Shown here: in pieces, positions 39,450 through 53,684 of the stretch
How the letters are laid out: every line of letters starts with the position of its first letter
How positions within the stretch are numbered: position 1 is the first letter of the stretch
Assembly (NCBI GenBank): GCA_964016885.1
Contig: OZ024746.1
Location: 79,298,001-79,362,000, forward strand
DNA: 64,000 bases
DNA from: Eledone cirrhosa
Taxonomy: Eukaryota
Reading direction: 5' to 3'
Notes under the pieces: generated by a model
Databases searched by the model: none
What the model was told of the DNA's origin: nothing
Seen by the model: the letters and a program-made list of their open reading frames with translations, nothing else
Made by a program: the position numbers and the translations under genes

Positions 39450-40290
39450 CAAAATCAATGTATATAAATTCGACTTTCCCCACCCCCAAATTACTTGCTT
39501 ATGCCTATACTAGAAATCATTAGTAGTAGATCCTTGAAAATAGAATGCACCTCTAATCTTGGTAGGTTTTTTTTATGTTCTATCTCTCAGACACGCTATT
39601 TTTATATTGGAACAAACAGTTCCATACAGTTTCTAGACAGTGTCCAGAAGAACATAGAGGTAATTATAATTTAAGTGTATATGGCCTGTTACTATTATTT
39701 TTGTTGTATCAGGTCAGACTTGATAAGAGCAGACTTACTATGAAAGTCATTCCAAATGTTTTCATTCCGTCTTTTTGTGGTTTTGTAGGACAATATTATC
39801 TAATTTATCTTTTGTTCTTTTTTAAGGATAGGTTGTTATTTGAGGGATGTTGGACTGGTATTTCTAGCTGGTCAAATGACCCCGACGAAGCTTCCGTGCT
39901 GCCTTGAGTGAGTCGATAAACTCCTATGTAGATTGAAATAAAAAAAAATTATAGCAACCTGTTCTTTCAGAAAATACTGTTAGAGGACGATATGTATAGG
40001 TAAGTTAACATGTTCTTGTTTAAGAATCTACAACAGTCAGAACTGTGGTATTTGTTTTGGTTCTCTGGATTAAAACCCCACCGAGGTAAACTTTGCAAAG
40101 CATTCTTTCATAATTTCGTGATCGAAAAACAATGTACCAGTTCAGAATTGGTGTTGATTCACTCGCTCTGTCTGTCTATAAGTCTGTCTGTCTGTCTCTC
40201 TCCCTCCCTCTCTCTCTCCCTCTATTTCTCGTCTTTCTCCCTCTCTCTCTCAATCTCTCTCTCCCTCTTACTCTCCCTCACACACGCACA

Positions 40291-40346
<56 letters not shown>

Positions 40347-40348
<2 letters not shown>

Positions 40349-42062
40349 CTCCATTCTGTATGTACTGACTCTCGAGATGTTACTGCGGAAATTGGAGCTG
40401 TTGCAGGGCATCCCGATCGAACCAGGACTGCGGAAAGCAGCGTCAGCCTATGACGACGACATAACCGTAATGGTGACGAAAACCTCGGCAACCTATTACA
40501 GGAATACGAAACGTTGACAGGAGCAAGACTAAACCCAAACAAGTCTGTCGGTTTGCAACTCGGCACATGGAGAGGCAAACCCATGTCTTCCGACAGTGTC
40601 GTTGGACGCTGGACGGAAGGACCGGTGAAATTGCTAGGGGTCTGGTTCGGTCCAGATTTCCAGGTGGACAAGAACTGGAACGAGGTCACGGCGAAGGTGT
40701 TTGCACTCACCCAAAAGTGGGCTGAGTGCAAACTCTCCTTGAAAGGTCGAGCGGAGGTGGCGAACACTTACATAGCGTCCGTCATCTACTACCGCTTGAC
40801 AGTCGTGGCTTGCCCTCGCGAATACCTTACCAAAATGGAACGCCTACTCTTCAAGTTCCTCTGGAAGAAACAGGCTCCATTGGTAAGGAGATCCATCTGC
40901 TGTCAACACCCTTCTAACGGAGGGCTGGGCATGCCGTGGCTGATGATGCGCAAACATGCGCTGAGGCTACGCCATCTCCAGGTATTCCTGACCGGTGAAC
41001 CGGTGTGGCTGTCGTTTGTGAGACAAGCTCTTCCACAACTCGTCTCACTAACAGAGCTGCCGTCCTGGGTCAAGCGAAGACCGAAAATGGGTGCCTGGCA
41101 CCTTGACTACCTACAGGCGCTCACAGCCCTCTACCAAGCAGATACGGCAATCAGCGGAGACTCCACTTCTACATTCTATAGGGGATTAGTGGAGGATAAG
41201 TGCGACGACGTTCTCGGGGAAACTCTAGGCATCGAGGAGGACGAACTGACCAGTCTGTTCGGGAGGACTTTCCGTCCAGGGCCTATGGATAACTTCCAGA
41301 GGTCTCTGGCCTGGCAGGGCTACCGAGGAGCTCTACCAGTTCGAGACAAAATCTACAGGCACGGACGCCCTCGCATAGATCCTGCTAAAAGGACCTGTCC
41401 AAGATGCGAGCAGGACATCGAAACCGTTCTGCACGCAATTGTTCAGTGCCCAGGGGTGACCGACCTGTGGAATTATGTCGAACAGCTGCTGCATCCAGTT
41501 GTCAGCCGAGTCCATCGTGAGGATCACCCCGCCGCCTTCATTTAATAACGAAGGAGAGACGGTTTTCCTCTGTCTGGTGGCTATGGCGAAAGAGGTAATA
41601 TGGTGGACGAGGTTAAAAGGACTGCGGGCAAACACCTTTCTCTCCGGACAACAACTTATCCCCTTCTTTAAGTATGACTTCAGAAGGAAGGTGAGAGTGG
41701 AGAGAGAGATGCTACACCCCAGTAAATTCGCTGAAAGGTGGGTGAATGTGGAAAAAATGGCACGAATGTGACAAAAATGGCCACAAATGGCCTTCACTGT
41801 ATATAAACCTTTGTTGAGGAAGATAAACAGAGGGAAGACAGGAACACCTACAAAACGTGTTCCTGGTGTTGAGGGTTGTTCTATCTACGGGGTGTAAAAC
41901 AACCCTGCAGTAACGTTCCCTCCTACTGGGGATTTCAATTGTTATTTTATTATATATATTTTATTCTTATTTATTAATGTTAAAGTTATTTTTATGTAAA
42001 ACCCCGCCGTCACGTCTTGCAATGTCCCATTTTTGTACGCCCCTGTGGCAAATAAAGAAAGA
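40347..42062 (+). mobile_element. 5'-truncated L1/Tx1-clade LINE flanked by (TATC)n
   Basis: LYVLTLEMLLRKL..SAYDDDITV (YADD box), TGARLNPNKS, KLLGVWFG, LSLKGRAEV, GGLGMP, CPRC..ETVLHAIVQC; 3' UTR ending AATAAAGAAAGA. Confidence 0.9.
40514..41771 (+). pseudogene. Tx1/L1 ORF2 C-terminal part (RT thumb + CCHC zinc knuckle), frameshift near 41495
   Basis: ORFs 40514..41545 and 41475..41771 are consecutive; a further frameshift upstream near 40490. Confidence 0.85.
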
Positions 42063-42852
42063 TATCTATCTATCTATCTACTACACTCTCACTTTCTAGA
42101 TGTCTGATACAAACACACACAAACACACCCTCTTTCAATCTTTTTCTCTATTTCCTTCTCTCACGATCAAGCTTCTAACTGTAATACAAAGGTCGGTGTC
42201 TACCCAGCCTGAAATTCGTGTTAAGAGTACACGTGTTTATGGACTTCTTGGCCGTTTACCCGTTAATTTCACAAGCAGGAATTCAGTTAGTCCAACAACT
42301 AAATTCTGTTTTGTCAGGGAGATGGAGAATCTATGATATTATTATTATTATTATCAACCACATGATTAGTATCAACAGCTTCTATTTCAATAATACACCA
42401 TTTTCTCCCTCATTTACTGCGTAATATAAATAACATGTAAATAAACATGTAATTGAATAACCTATATTTGGTTGCGATATAAATATCACATAACATATAA
42501 ATTCTAACATATGGAATAAAACACAACACATTACAAATGATATGATTTAATGAATTCTAAATGGGGATAATTTTATAGCATTGCATCTAAAGTACTTATA
42601 TTAATATAATCTCCAGAGAGAACTTATACGACAACCACAAAGGGTAAACACTATGTGGTTGCTCAAATTACTAAAAATAATAGCCGTATCTCCACAACAT
42701 ATCGTTTAAAAATAGGAAGTTTTAGATATAGTAAATAAAAAATAATAATAATAAAAAAACGATGCAATGTTCGTGGTTTCAATCTCTCTAACTCTAAACG
42801 GTCCTGATGATTGCTTATACATACATACATATATACATACATACATACATAC

Positions 42853-43300
42853 ATGATGGCTGCCCCCTTGTTATCGAGTATAGTCATTGCACGATATAAC
42901 ATTATTAATAATTATCAATTAATACTACCGTGCAATGCCTCTGCGTGAAGATTTTTTTTAAAGTGAGGAAAGACTATGCACTGAGCCAATTCCATTCTCT
43001 GAGCGACAGTAGCTGTAGCTCGAAAAGAAGAAAAGATCAACATCATCGGTAACTACTGAACCGCAGGTTTTATGTCGGAGTTATCCCAGTTTCCTGAGTT
43101 GCTTTCTCCTAGAAGAACGCACTCTTGAGTGCTACTGGTAACATGTAACCCAGTACAACCTGTCACATGGTCGGGTCGTCGGCAACTAAACCGGCAACCC
43201 CACCAAGTTTACTTGGTGAGGAGGGTGATTTTGGACATCCTGCAGATCAAAAATCAAAACCTAACAAAGGGCGGAAGAAATCATAAGAGTCATCCAAAAA
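42853..43300 (-). mobile_element. Diverged family R copy with inverted 5' segment
   Basis: 42853-43114 is the deleted 3' part on the minus strand, next to (TACA)n; 43129-43300 is the 5' part on the plus strand. Confidence 0.65.
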
Positions 43301-43496
43301 TGTGTAAATATGTATATACATGTATGCACGTGTATATATGTATGTATATGTATATATATGTAGATGCATGTGTGCATGTGTATATATATGCGCGGGGACA
43401 TAGAAATAGTCGGGCTGGATACCCGATCGCGCGGTTAAACCAGTGGGAGTGAAGATCATACATACATACATAGATATATACATACATATTTTAATC

Positions 43497-44295
43497 TTCG
43501 ATGCGACTAGTTGCACATTTGATATGAAACTATTCGTTAAATTTAAAATGAATATTGCCCCAACAGTATTACCACAACTACCAGCTTTGTTAAATAACTG
43601 GATATTCTTTTGATGATATTCATTGAAGACACATTTTAGTCGAAATCGTAGAGATATACGTTTAAATATTGAATTCAGCTTACACGGATTTACTACAAAC
43701 AACCTGGCTGGAAACGACATCAACAGCGACAAGACTAGTGAAGAATGGAGGACAAACAACAAGGAGAAAGGTAAACAAAATCGTTTTAGTTGTAGTGACA
43801 GATGACTTTACCTCGATTGCTATATCATTTAACCACAATAACCATCAACATCAAAATATCGTCAATAATAATAAGGCTACATTTGGCTGAAAAGGTGAAT
43901 AGTACAAACATATAAAATATATCCTTAGTGAAACTTTCCAAAAAGAGATTAATTTATGTATGAAACTTTCTTTCAAAAAGACAATATTAACAATATTAAA
44001 TAAATGGGAAAGATATTGTCACTGATAAAATACAATAGCGTAGGGGTATATTTCAAAAAGACAACTCCACTGTTATGCTATGCTATTTATACTGTCAGTT
44101 AACCTCTTGTTCTTTATTCGTGAAATACAATGGGTACGTAATTGTTTCATAGGGGGCCAGAAGCACAAACCTAACAACTTCTTTGTGGATCACCTGAAAT
44201 TGTATGCCAAGATTATACGAAGAAAAACCTTGACCTGGTTACGACGTTCTCGAAAGATATAGTAATGAAGTTTGGCCAGGATAAATGTTCCTAAA
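43497..44295 (+). mobile_element. Multiply deleted R4/Dong derivative (5' UTR + N-terminus + RT pieces)
   Basis: Collinear with the reverse complement of 19264-18960, ~18450-18400 and ~17135-16860 (FFVDHLKLYAK; LDLVTTFSKDI..KFGQDKCS). Confidence 0.8.
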
Positions 44296-44762
44296 TGATT
44301 GTATACGCAGGTATTTATACATGTAGATATGATACATCAAATAAAATCGTAATTGACAATATATAATACATAGAAATTGAACGAAGACTGCGTTACACTG
44401 TCTTATTTAATCAGTAACGTAATACATTAAAAAAGACGATATTATATATAAACTGCATCAGGAGAGAATTAGTGACAGAAAATTAGTATGTTTATTTAAG
44501 CGATGGCCAACCGGAAGTGTAGACATTTCAGAAATTTTAAAGAAGTGAATCTTTAAATAAAGAAAATATATTTAATCAACAGCCACGAAATTTAGTAGAT
44601 AAATTATGTAATATTCATTCATTATTTATTCAAAGTAATCCAACTTATTTTACTAATGGGATAAAAAATTATAAACCATATGCAGCCCCGCATCCTTTAC
44701 TTTATTATTGTTTAGATTATACGCATTTCGATTGTAACATTTATGCACTATTTAAACAGGGA

Positions 44763-44900
44763 ACTGGCTGAAGAAGGTACACTTACCGGGACACATCACA
44801 GTATAAATTTAAAACAAAATACTTAGCAATTGCCTGTTGAGGTTGTATATAATGCATAACTTATACGAGTATAAGTTATGCAATATATACGACCTCAACA
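44763..44900 (+). mobile_element. Old PLE-like remnant: degenerate HHR plus 66-bp palindrome
   Basis: ACUGG-CUGAAGA-A-GGUA CACU UACC-GGGA-CACA-UC-ACAGU; inverted repeat 44835-44900. Confidence 0.45.
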
Positions 44901-45264
44901 TGAGTATAACAGCAACGACATAATTGATAAGATAATGCGAGATTCTAACATACTGAAATCTTCTTTATTCTAAACAAACCCCCGTCGTCCATAAACCGGT
45001 AATCTGAAAAGTATACTACGTCGAGTGCTTAATAGTGTGGACACAAATATTAGTTGTTCAATACGTACAACTGAGGAACAATAACGCAGCATTGACAAAC
45101 ACGAACGGTCCAAATTCACACACACACGCACACACACACACACACATGTATATATATTTTTTCCAAGAGATGTCAACATGAATGGACCTGTTATTTTTAT
45201 CTAAAGACATTTTTTCCAATTCAAACCCTGCCCGTCCCTTCAATCTATCTTATTTCTCATTCTT

Positions 45265-45300
45265 TCTTCTGATGAAGGACTAGCATACGAAACGTTAGGA
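45265..45300 (+). ncRNA. Minimal hammerhead candidate with decayed stem II
   Basis: UCUU-CUGAUGA-AGGACUAGCAUAC-GAAA-CG-UU-AGGA; palindromic AACGUU. Confidence 0.5.
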
Positions 45301-45385
45301 CCCTCTTCCTGCTATTTCAAGCGTTAACCTAATACATTCCTTCCATATACTGTACCGATTGTGTTATTATTTCTGTTTACCTTTT

Positions 45386-45557
<172 letters not shown>

Positions 45558-46029
45558 TTGCTTCTATTTCTGTGTTGATGTTTGTAAGTATTTAAGTATT
45601 TGCTTGTCTTTAACATCGCTGGTTCTGCGGTTGCTTTACAGCTGTTGTTATTGAGTTGCGGGAGCTAAGAATAAATAACGATGTAGATAATTGCATTGGA
45701 AAGTTTGGATTGTCTCTTTCTAACGTGTTGAAAAAATAACAACATAAAAAGCAACAACGCAAAACTTTGTAGTTATTTCTCAATAGTATATCGATGTACA
45801 TATAAAGGCGGTACTGCAGCATGACCCTGATCTTGATGTCGAAAATTGAATATAAAGAGAGCCATACAGAAACACACACTCTCTCACAAACACACATACA
45901 CATATATATATGTATATGTGTATGTGTATGTATGCGTATGCATGTAGGTGATTGTATGTATGAATGTATGCATGTATGCATGTATGCATGTATGTATATA
46001 TATGTATGTTTGTATATATGTATGTATGT

Positions 46030-46636
46030 CATATCACCAGTTGGTGCTACTGGTAACATGTATTCCAGTACAACCTGTCCCATGGTCGGGTCGTTGGCGA
46101 CTAAACTGGCAACCCCACCAAGGTTTCTTGGTGAGGAGGGTGACTTTGGACATCCTGCAGGACTAAAAACAAAACCTGTCAAAAGGCAAAGGGCCTCTTA
46201 AGAGTCAATGGCCATCCAAAATCACCGGGAGAGATGACCCCTTAGCCTTTGTCAAGGCAGAATTCTAGAAGAAGGAAAACTCTGATATAACACCTGCAAC
46301 TCTGATGGTATCCAATGATGTTGACTTGTTTTTCTTTTTGGTAAATATCATCTTGGTTAAGAGAGTGGGACTGGCTTTGTGCAGTGCCTTTGCTCACTAT
46401 AAAAGCTTCACGGCACAGGCATTGCTTTGTATCTGGAGATCTCTCTGCACTTGTCATCACCTGGTACCATGGGCCCAGCGGTATGTGTCAATAATTGTCA
46501 CAAGTGTAGTGTTTGTACCAGAGTTTTCAAGTCACTGGCTGGATTAAAAAGTCACACTCGTTCAGCGCATCGGTAGGGGTTCTCCTACATGGATATAAAG
46601 TAGTGGCCGTACTCGAAAACGAGTTGGCAGCCACCA
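46030..46636 (+). mobile_element. Non-autonomous RTE-like element (family R), most complete copy, flanked by (TATG)n
   Basis: Structured 5' end, AAGGAAAACTCTGATATAAC motif, no credible ORF, copies at 7229 and 42853. Confidence 0.75.
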
Positions 46637-47337
46637 TGTATGTATGTATGTATGTATGTATGTATGTATGTATGTATGTATGTATGTGTATGTATGTCAG
46701 CTATGTACAACTGGATATAGATAAAAATGCCACCTCAACTAATCTATATTTAAGAAAAGGTAATGTCTATCCTACTGAGGTAATATTAAGTGAAGATAAA
46801 GAAGAAAGTTATATAGTATTCTATATAGAAATCTTTATCTCAAATATGCCAGATTTTCAAATATGTCAACATAATGCAATGGCTTTGTCAAAATAGTTGT
46901 AGTCATTAAAGGAAAACAGCGAAAATTGAAATATAAATGAGTGGTCTTTGAGGTTGCCAAAGTTTATACAAGTTGTGCTAATATGTAGTGAAATTACTTG
47001 TCATTTTATGCAGATTACAAAATTATGACACCAAAAATAAACAGACAATCCCCAACTAATATCAATATCGAGATGTGTAAATATAATATAAAAGAAATTT
47101 AAAATGTAGTCGCCTTAATGTAAATGACTATAATTGTAATCTATGACTCTAAATAATAGTTGAGAGGGAAAAAGTGTACAGACTTCCTATGTGGAATTGT
47201 ATCAAGAACATCTCGAATACTGGGTGAGTGCGTTGAAAATTATGTATTGCCTATTAAATGTAAAAGACGTACAATATACTACTGTATACCTTTACAATTT
47301 CCTAAGTTGAACAAATTTACCATTTATAGATTAAAAA

Positions 47338-47673
47338 TAAGTAGACATGCCTTCTGGGGTGTTCCCCAACAAGGAGGCTGGGCTAATGTTCTTTAACAAG
47401 CCTTGGAATATCTTCGAGTTAGTACCTAATGCTCCTATGACAATAATGGGGACGGCATTGATCTCATGACAGTTCCAAATCCTTTTCAGTTGTCACTTTA
47501 AATCCTGGCACGGATAAATTTTCTTCTCTCTTTCTTACACTCTTGTGTCAAAGGGGCAACCTACATCTATAATCAAGCAAGATCAGTTTTTTTTGTCAAA
47601 AACCACCATTGAGTTCTAATTCTTTATCTGTTGGTAACCTAAAATCCTACAGCACCTTCATCCAATCGTTTTC
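47338..47673 (-). mobile_element. Old R4-clade LINE fragment (REL endonuclease domain), different subfamily
   Basis: ENDWMKVL*DF..MVVFDKK..CLIIDVGCPFDTRV..QDLK*QLKRIWN..PIIVIGALGT..QKACLL, with stops and frameshifts. Confidence 0.75.
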
Positions 47674-48419
47674 TAACGAGTGAGAGAGGGAGATAAAGAG
47701 AGTAATTTATGTCGAAACGTATTTACGTAATTCCCATATTGGATATTGTATTTTGTGAATGCAGAAACGAAATGTTTCTCTGTTGGTAAAATAAAGATAA
47801 ATGATATTGTAATTAATCGTTCATTATTCATGGTTTGAGGAAAATATAAAGAATTTCTTGTCCCAGAACAAGAATTGTGTACCTCTTGTAAACACGATAA
47901 CAATGATCAGGGTTGACAAATATATTTAAGCTAGAGAATGATTTTCAGAGTTAACAAGGTGTATGTGAAATGGTCTTTACCATATATACTGCTCTTAGTA
48001 TAATTAATTTCTCACGTATACCTATTCCTATTTTAATAAGTAATCTATGAAGTTGTTTACAAAGGTGGTCAAGGTCATGTATTATTTTAGTTGTACCAGA
48101 TACAAATGGGATTGTAAATGCAATTGTTAACTTTAATAATCATTTTAATTAAACGGTAAAGTCATGGTAATATTTTAGCCTTTCAGCTGTCTATTTTCAA
48201 CAATATAGCCACTGTTGGCCTTGGTGTTATGGACATATGACGTCTAACCCTTTTCTCGGTGTATATTTACAGCTTTATTTATAGAGCCATCTCACACAAT
48301 GCCGGGTCTATGATAAAACGCGAACCAGAGACCTCTCGTTCACCTGTCCGCTACCATACATACTTAGCAAACCGTGCTTTTATACAGACACACTAAGCTG
48401 TGATTTCGTCACACGTATA

Positions 48420-48635
48420 TAATGGTTTCTGATTGAGGCACAAGGTTAACTATTGTGTGAGAAAGGAAGGTCGATAAAATTGACCCGAGTGGGTTACTGG
48501 TACTTTATTTTATTGCCACCGAAAGGATGATAAGCAAAGTTAACCTCGGCGAGATTTGAACTCAGAATGTAAATGGCCGTAACTCTACGCCACACAGCAC
48601 GTTGTCCGATACTCTACCGATATCACCACTCCACC
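48420..48635 (-). mobile_element. Family A SINE, diverged
   Basis: CTGGTACTTTATTTTAT..AGGATGA..GATTTGAACTCAGA. Confidence 0.8.
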
Positions 48636-48856
48636 AATGATAACAAATAACAAAGCAAAACTATCTACAATATGGAGAAACCGAGTTTGAAGATAAATAA
48701 AAACAAAATAAGGAAATAAAAGAAAATGGATTAAATATCTAAAATGCATAAATAACGAAATAAAGAACTGATGTGTACTTCCAACTTTTCCAGTGAGTCA
48801 CAAAGAACTGGAAAACTAAACACGTCGCTCTTTTTGATGTGTATATATATATATAC

Positions 48857-48888
<32 letters not shown>

Positions 48889-48890
<2 letters not shown>

Positions 48891-48953
48891 TTCGTTTCTG
48901 AATTTGTTTAGCAGGATTCTTATTGGCAACATGACCCTCCCAAAGCATAACAA
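48889..48953 (-). mobile_element. 65-bp H3 footprint: 3' end plus inverted piece
   Basis: Matches 33862-33894, then inverted ~33923-33959, joined through TTCTT microhomology. Confidence 0.7.
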
Positions 48954-48969
48954 CACACACACACACACA

Positions 48970-49055
<86 letters not shown>

Positions 49056-49212
49056 TATATATATGTATATATATATATATGTATACATACACACACACAT
49101 ATAAATATATTGTATAAAAAGAAGTGTTTAATATACATATGTATGTATATCATGTATGTATATATCAAAAAGAGGGAATCGTTTTATATATATATATATA
49201 TATATACAGGTT

Positions 49213-49271
<59 letters not shown>

Positions 49272-49442
49272 GTTTGTATATCAGTTTCCTTTCATGTCTT
49301 TTCGCGAGACTTCATATTTCAAGAAAAAATACATTATCACGGGAGAGATTTTATAACTGTTATAGAATGTTTTTTTAGTTATACCTTATACGTTTGTCGA
49401 TTTCCCTTTTTTTGTAAGTGGGGGATAAGATGACAGCCCTTT

Positions 49443-49485
<43 letters not shown>

Positions 49486-49640
49486 CCACACACACATATG
49501 TATATTCATTACTATCATTATTGAATGTAGTTATTTTTTTTTCCAAATGTTTCATTTTGGAGAGTTGAGTTTGCCAGTAAAAACATTTCATTTTATATAT
49601 GGGTGTCAAAGTTCTTTTCCGCGCATATATCAATGTTTCA

Positions 49641-49702
<62 letters not shown>

Positions 49703-50075
49703 ATGTGTATGTATGTAGATGTCTTTGGATGCATATGTCTATGTCTGTGAATGTATACCTGTGAATGTACTTATCGCAAACGTTAATCGTTTAAATAATT
49801 CTTGTTATGTATTACGTTTTCGTCTGTTTTCGTGACGTATTATTTACTGCATGATGTTATATAAACAGACCTAAGGCCAGTGCTATTCACGTCATTTAAT
49901 ACAATCTGAATACGTCATCGCATAATAGCGTGATTTTCAAAAGGGAAAAAAACTAACTTAAAAAGATTAGGACAAACTTCAGTTAGTAAAAGTATACATA
50001 TATATATATATATATATATTTGTGTGTGTGTGTGTGTGTATGTGTGTGTGTGTCTGTGTGTGTGTGTGTGTTTGT

Positions 50076-50144
<69 letters not shown>

Positions 50145-50324
50145 TGTGCGTGTGTGTGTGTGCAAAAGATAAACGGAAACACAAAAAAACAAAACATCCC
50201 CCCATCACACTAAAGAAACAACAACAACAAAAAAACAATACGATACAGTGAATAAATGTATTTACTTAATGCTTGATACATACATACATACATTCATCTC
50301 TGCCTCTTTCGCTCTCTCTCTCTC

Positions 50325-50395
<71 letters not shown>

Positions 50396-50400
50396 GTATA

Positions 50401-50442
<42 letters not shown>

Positions 50443-50465
50443 GTATATATATACATATATATATG

Positions 50466-50502
<37 letters not shown>

Positions 50503-50525
50503 ATATGTATGTATATATATATATT

Positions 50526-50647
<122 letters not shown>

Positions 50648-50663
50648 TATATGTGTGTGTATA

Positions 50664-50748
<85 letters not shown>

Positions 50749-50750
<2 letters not shown>

Positions 50751-50947
50751 AACAAAGGAATTGTGGTAAGGAACCAGATGGACCATAACGCAGTAGAGTA
50801 CTCAATACTTAGGGTAGTAAAGTGGGAAATAGGAAAAAGTATGACCCCGACGGCAGAGATCAAGCCGTTTCGACGGCTATTTCTAGACTCCAGAAATAGC
50901 CGTCGAAACGGCCTAAGCTCTGCCGTCGGGGTCATACTTTTTCCTAT
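50749..50947 (-). mobile_element. Family H1 hairpin element, third variant, in (TA)n
   Basis: Same tail; arms AGGAAAAAGTATGACCCCGACGGCAGAG.. / ..CTCTGCCGTCGGGGTCATACTTTTTCCT. Confidence 0.78.
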
Positions 50948-51280
50948 ATATATATGTATATACATATGTGTGTGTGTAATCATAGTTGTTTAGAAAACAT
51001 TCACAAACAACCGTCACCGATTTATTACATAACGTTTTGGTCTATCTGCCATATTTGCATCTATGTATAACTTTAATGTGGATTATGAATGCATAACTTT
51101 ATGTCGATATTATAATATTTTACGCGGTGTGTTGGTATCATAAATAGTGTTGTAGATTTGTGAAAATATATATATTTCCTTATTTTAAAGACAAACTATA
51201 TATATCTATGACAATTCATACATACATGCAGGGGAGTGGTTTCCAGGCATTGATTATCCGTCTTTACGCGCTTCTTCGAG

Positions 51281-51332
<52 letters not shown>

Positions 51333-51333
51333 T

Positions 51334-51373
<40 letters not shown>

Positions 51374-51394
51374 AGTGTGTGTGTATATTTATCA

Positions 51395-51480
<86 letters not shown>

Positions 51481-51703
51481 ATATATATATAATTGTTTAT
51501 TATCAAATATTCATATATTTATTTATATATGTATACATCAAACGAAAATGATATCCATGTATTCTATCAATATCGCATGTACACGCACTCTCCCTCTCTG
51601 TAAGCCTCTTTTTCTCTGTCTCTTTCTCGCTCTATGTATATGTAAACATATATATATATGCATATATATGTATATGTATACATATATATATATGCATATA
51701 TGC

Positions 51704-51852
<149 letters not shown>

Positions 51853-52363
51853 CATGCATGTATGTATAAATACATACATACGCACATATATTAGCTTTCG
51901 CATGCAATTTGGATCCATTTCTTAGGTTTTTAATTCCTATACTTTTACATTTTATTTTATTTATTTTATTTATTTTATTTATTTTATTTATTTTATTTAT
52001 TTTATTTATTTTATTTATTTATTTATTTATTTTGCCAATTCCACGTGGAGACATATAAACCCCGCACCGTATATCTTTCCCTTATCACTTCCTTTAATTT
52101 TATCTTTTTTTTCTTTTGTTTTTCTATTTGATTTACATTCCTCACTGCCTGTCTCCCTTCTTTCCTTCTTTTCTTCTTTATCTATTCGTTTTCCTTTTCT
52201 TTATACTTCCATATTTTTTCCACTGGATTTCTTTGAGAGGCTGACGAGATGTAAAGGCATACTTATACCCATACCCCTACATTCATATACACACACACAG
52301 CTCTCGTTCAACACCCTCCCTCTCACTCTTAAATATATATCGAATATAATATAATATAATATA

Positions 52364-52459
<96 letters not shown>

Positions 52460-52489
52460 GAAATAGGATTTATATAGATATATATGTAT

Positions 52490-52675
<186 letters not shown>

Positions 52676-52705
52676 ATACATATATATCTATATAAATCCT
52701 ATTTC

Positions 52706-52777
<72 letters not shown>

Positions 52778-53253
52778 TCACACTCTCATACGATAAAAAT
52801 CTCTTTCATGAAGGTTAGATGAAGCAGTTAAACATTCGAGAAAAGTAAAAAAAAAAATAAATAAAATAAAAAAAAAACTGAAAAGAAAAATGAACGATTG
52901 TCATCTTTGTGAAAATAAATGAATAAATAATAAATAACGATCTGGAAAAATTTTTGGCAATGCTGTGTTTCATTGGTTGTCATCATCCATAGTTTCTTTC
53001 ATCTGTAAACAAGGTAGAGAGTTAGTTGCTGGTGTTGGGTGGCACGTTGGTCGTTGATAAATAAAGGTATGTTTTTGTAAGAAAAATATATAGGAACAAA
53101 GAAATAAAGCTCACCTATATACCAGAATGTATATAGATGTAGATAAAGATAGAGATAGAGCTATATAGTATAGTGTGTTCATGTACACATGCCAATATAC
53201 ATGCCAATATACATGCATGTATACACATACACACGCATATACATATATATATA

Positions 53254-53290
<37 letters not shown>

Positions 53291-53398
53291 CATGTATTTA
53301 TTTATATATATAGTGTTATATACGTACATACGTATATACGTACATACTCTCACATGCGTATGTACAAATATATAATATATATGCCTGTATATATGTAT

Positions 53399-53436
<38 letters not shown>

Positions 53437-53617
53437 CACACACACACACACACACGCACACGCACACGCACACGCACACGCACACACATATACAGTATAT
53501 ATATACATACATGCATATGATGTTATACATGCTTGAAAAATCTGGTTAGTTTCAATGTATGCATATATAAATGTACTTACCTGAATGTCTGTTATTTTTA
53601 AATTTTATATATATATA

Positions 53618-53684
<67 letters not shown>

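Noticed and set aside
42200-42460. Possible PLE GIY-YIG C-terminal remnant (SPTTKFC..)
   Set aside because: Too decayed; only suggestive
46095-46145. Twister or HDV fit to the family R motif (UAA..GC..GAGGG; CUAA)
   Set aside because: Twister P4 loop (UNNNAAGC) and P2 partner missing; HDV P1 missing
53012-53072. Possible small host exons (AAG/GTATGT at ~53066; TTGCAG after (CT)n at ~36018; minus-strand CAG/GTGAGA at ~57075)
   Set aside because: Splice-like motifs only, no recognisable peptide; needs RNA-seq
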